This document shows positions 16,416-22,119 of a stretch of 32,000 bases of DNA, piece after piece. This DNA comes from Acaryochloris marina S15 (lineage in GTDB: Bacteria; Cyanobacteriota; Cyanobacteriia; Thermosynechococcales; Thermosynechococcaceae), in contig NZ_CP064925.1 in assembly GCF_018336915.1 (NCBI RefSeq), forward strand, positions 210,001 through 242,000, read 5' to 3'. Every line of letters begins with the position of its first letter. The first letter of the stretch is position 1. A program made the translations under genes and the position numbers. The notes under the pieces were generated by a model. It did not search any database. It saw only the letters and a list, made by a program, of their open reading frames with translations, and had not been told where the DNA came from.

Positions 16416-16449
16416 AGGACTATGGTAACATAAAAGTTACTATAGTCCT
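16416..16449. promoter_or_regulatory. Imperfect palindrome (candidate TA operator) abutting the higB-like start
   Basis: AGGACTATGGTAAC-ataaaa-GTTACTATAGTCCT, with 13 of 14 arm positions complementary, ends 4 nt upstream of the ATG at 16412. Confidence 0.5.
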
Positions 16450-16616
16450 AAAAATACCTAGATTGAAATAGCGATGGGAAACGGACCTCTACAAGCGACT
16501 GATTATGACAATGGTCATTTCCGTAAACATACACGCAAATTCGTGGATTTTAGCAAGTCATTATGACTCTAGTGAAACTCTAACGAACAGTTGGTCTTAT
16601 ATTGAAGAGTATTCTA

Positions 16617-16642
16617 TAATAGTATCAATAGTGATACTATTA
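16617..16642. promoter_or_regulatory. Perfect 11-bp inverted repeat overlapping a TATAAT box (candidate hicAB promoter and operator)
   Basis: TAATAGTATCA-atag-TGATACTATTA. TATAAT lies at 16615-16620, 28 nt upstream of the hicA ATG (16648). Confidence 0.5.
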
Positions 16643-16647
16643 ACTAC

Positions 16648-16893
16648 ATGGCCAGTATCGACAAAATTGTTGCCAAAATGGGGAATAATCCCGCTGGGAT
16701 TAAGTTCTCAGATTTGTGCAAGGTTTGCGATCACTACTTCGGGGAAGCTCGTCAGACTTCTGGAAGCCATCGGGTTTACAAGACTCCCTGGCAGGGTGAT
16801 CCTTTCGTCAATATCCAATCCAAGAAAGGGATGGGCAAACCCTACCAGGTCAAACAAGTGTTAGCCGCGATCCAAAAGCTGGAGTCAATGTGA
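16648..16893 (+). CDS. hicA: HicA-family toxin (mRNA interferase)
   Basis: 81-aa ORF. FSDLCKVCDHYFGEARQTSGSHRVYKTPWQGDPFVNIQSKKGMGKPYQVKQVLAAI shows the GSH...P...Q.......YQVKQV HicA-like pattern. Its stop overlaps the hicB start (ATGA). Confidence 0.75.
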   Translation: MASIDKIVAKMGNNPAGIKFSDLCKVCDHYFGEARQTSGSHRVYKTPWQGDPFVNIQSKKGMGKPYQVKQVLAAIQKLESM

Positions 16894-17222
16894 TGGATGC
16901 CAAATACTATACCTACCGGGTCATCTGGTCCCAAGAAGATGAGGAGTTTGTGGGCTTGTGCGCCGAATTTCCAAGTTTGAGCTGGCTGGATGAAGATCAA
17001 CAGTCTGCTTTCGCTGGCATTGTGGAATTGGTCAAAGATTGTATTGAGGATTTAGTGGCACAGGATGAGCCTATCCCTACCCCTCTGTCTAAAAAACAAT
17101 ACAGTGGGAAATTTATGGTGAGAATTCCACCTGAGCAGCATCGTCAATTGGCTATCCAAGCAGCAGAGCAAGGGATTAGCCTCAACCGCCTAGCTAGTAG
17201 CAAATTGGTATCTGGGGGTTAG
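16890..17222 (+). CDS. hicB: HicB-family antitoxin (N-terminal HicB fold plus C-terminal RHH-type DNA-binding tail)
   Basis: 110-aa ORF. YTYRVIWSQEDEEFVGLCAEFPSLSWLDEDQQSAFAGIVELVKDCIEDLVAQDEPIPTP is followed by YSGKFMVRIPPEQHRQLAIQAAEQGISLNRLASSKL. Confidence 0.85.
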   Translation: MMDAKYYTYRVIWSQEDEEFVGLCAEFPSLSWLDEDQQSAFAGIVELVKDCIEDLVAQDEPIPTPLSKKQYSGKFMVRIPPEQHRQLAIQAAEQGISLNRLASSKLVSGG

Positions 17223-17231
17223 ATGAAGTAC
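17223..17231. repeat. Left copy of the 9-bp target-site duplication ATGAAGTAC of the IS4/Tn5-like element
   Basis: An identical 9-mer occurs at 20120-20128. Each copy directly abuts a terminal inverted repeat. Confidence 0.9.
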
Positions 17232-17400
17232 CTGACTTTTCCTGCTAAGTCTTCCAGTGCTTAGTGGGTGGTATTTGTAGCCCTTAGTCTCAGCCTTGGT
17301 TAAAGTAAGTGCAGTGATACCCAGGGAGCATCTAATGAGTCCAGAGCGTTATGAGCAAAATTTTGGAACCTGTGAGTTGGGTGATCAACGATTGAATCAC

Positions 17401-17409
17401 CGTGCATTC
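17401..17409. repeat. Left copy of the 9-bp target-site duplication CGTGCATTC of the IS256-family element
   Basis: An identical 9-mer occurs at 18784-18792. Joining the flanks restores the IS4 transposase reading frame (..RLNHRAF|SIGRS..). Confidence 0.85.
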
Positions 17410-18783
17410 CGTAGTGTCCCGATTTATTCGCCATGAGTTGAAATTCCTGAAATGCTGTATTAATAGTGACTTCAGAGCATTTCTTGATGAACATTGCCCA
17501 GCGCGAACAACAGATTATCCGCATCCAATCCCAAAGCTCCTATGCCTCTATTAACGAAGCCCTGGAAGCAACCCTACGCCTGGAAGCAAGCCAAGTCACC
17601 CAGAAAATAATAGAGGCAGCACTAGACGAAGAAGTGCAAGCCTATCTATCCCAACTTCAAGGGACTCGACCTCGGCGCTCAGGTTATTATCAACGGGTTC
17701 TAGATACGCAGTATGGCAGGATCCCTCAACTGTCTGTCCCTAAACTACGTAAAGGGAACGCAGACCGAGAGTGGCAGATTTTAGAACGTTACCAACGTGC
17801 CCTTGGCAGTCTCCTCGATTTTTGCCTCGGCCTGTATGTCATGGGTTTATCGCTTCGGGACTTGCAAGAAGCTCTCTATGAGATTCTAGGAGCAGTCTTA
17901 TCCGTTAATGCCATTAACCGAATTACGCTAAAAGCTCAGAAGCAAATGTTCCAAAGGCGTCAGACTCGTCTTGAGGAAACCCCTCCTATTCTGATTGTCG
18001 ATGGTGTTTGGGCTAGTGTTCAGTGTTCCTCAGAAGACTTTTGGGAAGACCAAGCTGGGCATATCCGGAAACTACGCCATGCAGAAGACCGAGTCATTCT
18101 AGTCGCTATGGCAGTGTGGCCCGATGGCACCCAAACGGTGCTTCATTATGAAATGGCGACGCAAGAATCGGAGGCAGCTTGGTCACTATTCTTTGCGCAT
18201 CTGTGGCAACGGGGATTGCAACCCTATTCGGTGAAGTTGATTGTGAGTGATGGTACGACTGGGTTGCCTAAGGTGATTCGTGCTCTGTTTCCCCTCGCAC
18301 AACATCAACGCTGCATTACCCACAAGGTTCGAGCCATGCTGCGGCATTTAGGCTATGGGCAATTGTCGTACCTGGATGCGCAAGGACAAGAGCTTTCACT
18401 TCCTGAAGCTAAGAAACAGCGGTATGCACAAATTCAACATGATGCCTACGCCATCTATAAAGCGCCCACCTGGGAAGGGGCAGTTATTTCATTTCTGGTG
18501 TTTGAGAAAAAGTGGACAGACATCGAACCTGACGCCGTCAGAACCTTTATCAACGATTGTGCCCTGACTTTGAACTTCTATGATTTTGATGCATCTCTTC
18601 ACTCACTCATTCGAACCTCAAATGCACTCGAGCGGTTGTTCCGGGAATTCCGAACCAAGGCCGATGAAATTGGTGCGTTCCCTAATGAAGAGAGCTGTTT
18701 AGCAATTCTCTTCCTCGTTTTTCGTAGGGATCATGCCAAGCATGATCGGCTCAAAAACCGTGGCGAATAAATCGGGACACTAA
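17410..18783 (+). mobile_element. IS256-family insertion sequence, apparently intact, nested in the IS4 transposase gene
   Basis: 1374 bp. The terminal inverted repeats share TAGTGTCCCGATTTATTCGCCA: the left end is cgTAGTGTCCCGATTTATTCGCCA, and the right end TGGCGAATAAATCGGGACACTAa is its reverse complement. The 9-bp duplication CGTGCATTC flanks it, and it contains a single uninterrupted transposase ORF. Confidence 0.9.
17466..18770 (+). CDS. IS256-family (mutator-type) transposase
   Basis: 434-aa ORF from the GTG at 17466; the ATG at 17487 (MNIAQREQQ...) is the more likely start. Family hallmarks are RPRRSGYYQRVLDTQYGRI..L.VPKLR, ILIVDGVW (D), LIVSDGTTGL (D), QRCITHKVRAML, and IRTSNALERLFREFRTKADEIGAFPNEES (E). 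Confidence 0.9.
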   Translation: MTSEHFLMNIAQREQQIIRIQSQSSYASINEALEATLRLEASQVTQKIIEAALDEEVQAYLSQLQGTRPRRSGYYQRVLDTQYGRIPQLSVPKLRKGNADREWQILERYQRALGSLLDFCLGLYVMGLSLRDLQEALYEILGAVLSVNAINRITLKAQKQMFQRRQTRLEETPPILIVDGVWASVQCSSEDFWEDQAGHIRKLRHAEDRVILVAMAVWPDGTQTVLHYEMATQESEAAWSLFFAHLWQRGLQPYSVKLIVSDGTTGLPKVIRALFPLAQHQRCITHKVRAMLRHLGYGQLSYLDAQGQELSLPEAKKQRYAQIQHDAYAIYKAPTWEGAVISFLVFEKKWTDIEPDAVRTFINDCALTLNFYDFDASLHSLIRTSNALERLFREFRTKADEIGAFPNEESCLAILFLVFRRDHAKHDRLKNRGE

Positions 18784-18792
18784 CGTGCATTC
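18784..18792. repeat. Right copy of the IS256 target-site duplication CGTGCATTC
   Basis: See 17401-17409. Confidence 0.85.
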
Positions 18793-20119
18793 AGTATCGG
18801 TCGTTCTCTGAGCGAGAAATTTGGTCAAGCCTTATCGACCGTATTTGAGACTGGGAAAGCCCTCAAACGGTCTTACGAGTTTTCGCAAATGTGAAAACCA
18901 GCTTCGCTAAGATTATTTCTCCTCATTGTTCTATGACCGCTTGTAGCGTATCGTCGCAAGAGATGACCTTGAGTGTTGGCGACACCACCTTCCTCGACTA
19001 TGAAGGTATCAAGCAGAAGCGCCAAGGCTATGGTCCCAAGGCAGAGGGGGAATGGATTATTACTCCATAGTGCCTTAGCCGTTGACCCTGAGCAGGGCCA
19101 ACCCTTGGGTTTGTTATGGCAAAAAGTGTGGAATCGTCAGCATCGTCCCAAGCCCCCGAAGAATGAAACGTCCCGACAAAAGAAGAAACGTCAGACCAAA
19201 GCGCGTAAAACTGCTCGGGAGCGTCTATTTGAGGAAAAAGAATCCTATCGTTGGGTGGAAGCACTGCACGCAGTGGAGAAAGCTGTGGGTCCTTCAACTC
19301 GTATCATTCATGTCTTTGACCGAGAAGGAGACATTGCTGAAGTCTTTGAACGACTCAATACCCTAGACAATACGGGACTCGTGGTTAGAGCCTCTCATAA
19401 TCGTTGTCTAGAACACGATCCTAATCGCCTGTGGGAAAAGCTGGAAGCCCAGAGTGTTCAGTTCGAGTATGAGATTGACTTACCTAAAACGAAAGGCCGG
19501 AGTGCGCGCACGGCTAAGTTAGCTGTGAGATGTTGTCTTGTTGAACTTCAAAGACCAGCCCGACTAGCTGCCAGTCAACCCCTTCAGGTTTACGCTGTCT
19601 ATGCAACAGAAGTAGCCCCACCTGAAGGGGAAGAACCAGTGTCATGGATGTTGCTCACTAGTGAAGTCGTGACAACAGTAGAAATGGCCCAAACCATTTT
19701 GCGTTGGTACACCTACCGTTGGCGAGTTGAGGAGTATCACAAAGTTCTAAAATCGGGCACTCAGGTGGAGCGATATCGGTTGGCATCTGAGGGAATGAAA
19801 ACCTTATTGGGATTCCTGTGTGTCACTGCTGTAGAGCTGTTGCGTGTGACTTATTTAGAACGAACACAACCTCAATTACCTGCACAAGATGTCCTCACGC
19901 CTTTACAGATCAAAGTTCTCATTGCCAAGACCCCGAAGGTACCTAAAACATTAACGGTGGCATGGGCTGTTCAAGCAGTTGCACGACTCGGGGGATATCT
20001 GGAGCATCGTCGAAACACACCGATTGGAATTCAAGTCCTGTGGAAAGGGTGGGCGAAGCTCAATGACCTGATTGAAGGCTGGCTGTTAGCTACCCAGGAG
20101 ACTTAGCAGGAAAAGTCAG

Positions 20120-20128
20120 ATGAAGTAC
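20120..20128. repeat. Right copy of the IS4 target-site duplication ATGAAGTAC (doubles as the start of the second hicB-like gene)
   Basis: See 17223-17231. Confidence 0.9.
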
Positions 20129-20320
20129 AAGGGCTATGAATCTGTGGTTGAGTTCGATGCTAATGATCAGATCTTCTTTGGTCGCGTCTTGGGGATTCGC
20201 GATGTCATTGCATTTGATGGTCAGACGGCGGATGAGTTAAAGCAATCTTTTCATAACGTCATTGATGATTATTTAGCCGACTGTCAGCAAGTGGGTAAAG
20301 ATCCTTCTCAATCAAAATAG
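20120..20320 (+). CDS. Second HicB-like antitoxin, N-terminal domain only (C-terminal DNA-binding tail missing)
   Basis: 66-aa ORF. MKYKGYESVVEFDANDQIFFGRVLGIRDVIAFDGQTADELKQSFHNVIDDYLADCQQVGKDP is the classic HicB-like N-terminal domain. The family normally continues with ..FSGKF..R.....H plus an RHH tail, but here a stop follows KDPSQSK and the 3' end overlaps the convergent gene. Confidence 0.7.
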   Translation: MKYKGYESVVEFDANDQIFFGRVLGIRDVIAFDGQTADELKQSFHNVIDDYLADCQQVGKDPSQSK

Positions 20321-20850
20321 CTCATTGTTTCAACCTCAAGCTCCTTCAAGGCTTGATTCACCTCCTCCAGGTCAAACGCTTTCGGGTCAAACTCACTCCC
20401 AACCCATTCCATTCTTTCCTCATACTGTGAATGTCGGGGATTCTTCAGTACCCTCAGCAGATGTGCATACCCCCAGTCGCCACCACAGTCTTCCGGTGGA
20501 CAAGCCCGCTTCCCTGCCAGACATACTGGATAGGTTTGTTCAGGCTCCCTCACTAACTTTTTCTCCACCTTGATTTCGTGCTGCCACATATACCCGAAGT
20601 CATAGAGGTAGCCGAATGAGAATAAATCATCTTCAATCAGCTCTGCTAACGTCATGGCTTCGTCTTCGCTATCCGAGAACTCATGGAGATGGTAGCCTTC
20701 CCAACCCATCACAACTTGCAACACGGAATGGAGCTGCGCCAGTGTCATCGTCTCTGGGACTTGAATCCGTCTCCAGACTTGGGGGCGGACACCCAACAGC
20801 GTGATCTTCAATTGATAGACGCTGGTTACTGCATTCGATGGTGCCTCCAC
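20308..20850 (-). CDS. Plasmid pRiA4b ORF-3-like (PRiA4_ORF3 family) protein, possibly N-terminally truncated
   Basis: 180-aa ORF from a GTG start. YQLKITLLGVRPQVWRRIQVPETMTLAQLHSVLQVVMGWEGYHLHEF ... YLYDFGYMWQHEIKVEK ... CLAGKRACPPEDCGG.WGY is the family signature. The frame stays open upstream (YPEPLFATLPDEVPWQIGQQAIATEV) without an ATG. Confidence 0.85.
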   Translation of the reverse strand: MEAPSNAVTSVYQLKITLLGVRPQVWRRIQVPETMTLAQLHSVLQVVMGWEGYHLHEFSDSEDEAMTLAELIEDDLFSFGYLYDFGYMWQHEIKVEKKLVREPEQTYPVCLAGKRACPPEDCGGDWGYAHLLRVLKNPRHSQYEERMEWVGSEFDPKAFDLEEVNQALKELEVETMSYFD

Positions 20851-20890
20851 CTCAGTAGCAATAGCCTGCTGTCCGATCTGCCAAGGAACT

Positions 20891-21073
20891 TCATCCGGTA
20901 GTGTCGCAAATAGTGGTTCCGGGTACTAAAATCTCCTGAATTTCATCCAGGACTATGCAGCCAATCCGAAGATTTTGTTGATGAAAGAGATCCCAGGCCA
21001 AAACTTTGAGGCACGAATAATCGCCACTGATATTAAAAACCTCGGTGATCTCCATCTCTTGGGCGAACAACAT
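20891..21073 (-). pseudogene. Possible XisI-like (fdxN-element excision factor family) relic
   Basis: MEITEVFNISGDYSCLKVLAWDLFHQQNLRIGCIVLDEIQE..PGTT loosely follows my recollection of the XisI core (E.Q.IFDTE.DHYQL...GW....RIYGC..H.DI.DGKIWIQ.DGTE). It has an apparent internal deletion and lacks proper N- and C-termini. Confidence 0.3.
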
Positions 21074-21215
21074 GAAGCCTTCGGAGACACCTTAAGAGAG
21101 GAGTGATTTTAGATAGGCTACCAATCTCCCTCACTTCCCACCTAAAAACAACTTCATACCTAAAAACACCCCTGGCCTATTCGCTGGGGGTTCCTTTTAT
21201 CTGGAGAAAAATTAT

Positions 21216-21764
21216 ATGCCCGTTTCTATCCCACCCCAAACCCTGAAACCCCAAAGTAATGTCACGAGCTACAGCACAAATCCCACCGATCGCCCCACCC
21301 TCGAAAGACTCTCAAGCCTTACTCCTAGGTTGACCCAAGATGATCTTGTCGCCCTTGGCATTGCTGCACTCTTTGAAGGCTATGAACCTAGGGATGTGAC
21401 CGTGGATTTTGGCCGTGGCTCCTATACTTTCAACCAATGCATCGACTTGATCCAAGACCTCTCCCAAGCTGGCAAGGTTGCCCTGGTGCGGAGTATCTCT
21501 GAGCTGTTGGCGGCATCGCACATCTCGCCTGATATAGCTCTGCCAGTCCTGCCCCCTGTGCCAGATCCCCATCTGGAGAATGTCTGGTACGTGATGTCGA
21601 TTGAACAAGCGATCGCATTTGCCAAGATTGGAAGGCTTGATCCAGCGATCCTAACCCTGTTCTGCTCCGGTCAGTCGCTCAAGGTGATTCCCCCTGATCT
21701 GCTAGCTGCTGCTCGTGAGAATCTACCTGGATTGATGGAAGCTTTGAAAGGAGAGGACCAATGA
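21216..21764 (+). CDS. Hypothetical protein
   Basis: 182-aa ORF with no family recognised. Its stop overlaps the ATG of the next small ORF (ATGA at 21761-21764), which suggests a real, translationally coupled gene. Confidence 0.5.
   Translation: MPVSIPPQTLKPQSNVTSYSTNPTDRPTLERLSSLTPRLTQDDLVALGIAALFEGYEPRDVTVDFGRGSYTFNQCIDLIQDLSQAGKVALVRSISELLAASHISPDIALPVLPPVPDPHLENVWYVMSIEQAIAFAKIGRLDPAILTLFCSGQSLKVIPPDLLAAARENLPGLMEALKGEDQ
21609..21616. repeat. HIP1 octamer GCGATCGC
   Basis: Exact match. Confidence 0.9.
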
Positions 21765-21871
21765 CCCAGGTGCTAACAGCCCAAGTCCTTTTCCCTGCGA
21801 AGGAATGGGACACCCAGTATGACGGCACAACCCCTATCAGCAACAACAAAAGTTGGAGGGTTAGATACTGA
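21761..21871 (+). pseudogene. 5' stump of a gene translationally coupled to 21216..21764, cut off by IS debris
   Basis: MTQVLTAQVLFPAKEWDTQYDGTTPISNNKSWRVRY*. From about 21838 the sequence is the reverse complement of a transposase N-terminus, so the native ORF is truncated after about 26 codons. Confidence 0.4.
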
Positions 21872-21921
21872 CTTTCACTCAGATGAGCACGGAGAGTAGT
21901 TTGGTAAGATGCAGGGAACAT
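21838..21921 (-). pseudogene. N-terminal fragment of about 28 codons from a cyanobacterial IS4-family transposase
   Basis: MFPASYQTTLRAHLSESQYLTLQLLLLL matches the conserved N-terminus recalled for cyanobacterial IS4-type transposases (M.P..YQ..L...L...QYL.L..L...LQ). Similarity is lost after about aa 28. The rest of track ORF 21679..21921 is read-through into unrelated DNA. Confidence 0.45.
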
Positions 21922-22086
21922 TTTTTGAGATGGGAGTACAATCTACTCCCTATTCTTTTACCCTACTATTTTCTCAATCTCCTGCCATCGTATAGCCTAG
22001 GGCGACCTTGTTCCCCGTTAAGATTCATATTAGGTTTAACAGCCAATATTTCAGGTCAACTGGATAAAAACACGAAATGAGTTGCT

Positions 22087-22102
22087 AAATAGGGACACTA
22101 AC
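22087..22102. repeat. Solo IS256-like terminal repeat remnant
   Basis: AAATAGGGACACTAAC matches AAATCGGGACACTAAC at the right end of the intact IS256 copy (18769-18784) at 15 of 16 positions. It lies 17 nt downstream of the Rhs stop. Confidence 0.4.
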
Positions 22103-22119
22103 CAACTAGGCCTATCTGG

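Larger units (their letters stand above)
17335..20106 (+). pseudogene. Tn5-like IS4-family transposase, interrupted by the IS256 insertion and by two frameshifts
   Basis: The N-terminus MSPERYEQNFGTCELGDQRLNHRAF (17335-17409) resumes at 18793 as SIGRSLSEKFGQALSTVFETGKALKRSYEF. The frame changes at the T4 run (18880-18883) to FANVKTSFAKIISPH...LSVGDTTFLDYEGIKQKRQGYGPKAEG. It changes back at the G5 run (19046-19050) into track ORF 18973..20106 (NGLLLHSALAV...FDREGD...YTYRWRVEEYHKVLKSG). The DDE triad and the YREK signature align with my recollection of the Tn5 Tnp motifs (DTT / DREAD / YTHRWRIEEFHK). Confidence 0.85.
17232..20119 (+). mobile_element. IS4-family (IS50/Tn5-like) insertion sequence carrying a nested IS256-family element
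   Basis: The 20-bp terminal inverted repeats are perfect: CTGACTTTTCCTGCTAAGTC (17232-17251) and GACTTAGCAGGAAAAGTCAG (20100-20119). They begin CTGACT, like the Tn5 outside end. They are flanked by the 9-bp direct repeat ATGAAGTAC, and Tn5/IS50 also makes 9-bp duplications. The length is 2888 bp, or about 1505 bp once the nested element and one copy of its duplication are removed. Confidence 0.9.

Noticed and set aside
16505-16864. 119-aa plus-strand ORF overlapping hicA
   Set aside because: It is an alternative frame across the hicAB promoter and hicA. The hicA frame carries the GSH family motif and the ATGA coupling to hicB.
17300-17524. 74-aa minus-strand ORF across the IS4/IS256 left junction
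   Set aside because: It spans a transposon boundary and is antisense to two transposase N-termini, so it cannot be an ancestral gene.
18355-19366. ORFs 18355..18567 (+), 19028..19297 (-) and 19082..19366 (+)
   Set aside because: They are alternative frames or antisense within the IS256 and IS4 transposase genes.
20325-20901. Plus-strand ORFs antisense to the PRiA4-like gene (20325, 20616, 20683)
   Set aside because: The minus-strand frame carries the unmistakable PRiA4_ORF3 signature. The plus-strand products are Pro/Ser/Leu-rich shadow ORFs.
21312-21625. Three minus-strand ORFs antisense to 21216..21764
   Set aside because: They overlap each other in different frames and none has motifs. 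The plus-strand ORF is longer and translationally coupled to a downstream ORF. The plus-strand call is itself only moderate confidence.
21883-22080. 65-aa plus-strand ORF considered as a possible Rhs immunity gene
   Set aside because: It is on the wrong strand for an Rhs toxin-immunity operon. It starts inside the transposase-fragment region, spans IS-like terminal sequence, and has a Leu/Pro/Tyr-rich low-complexity sequence.
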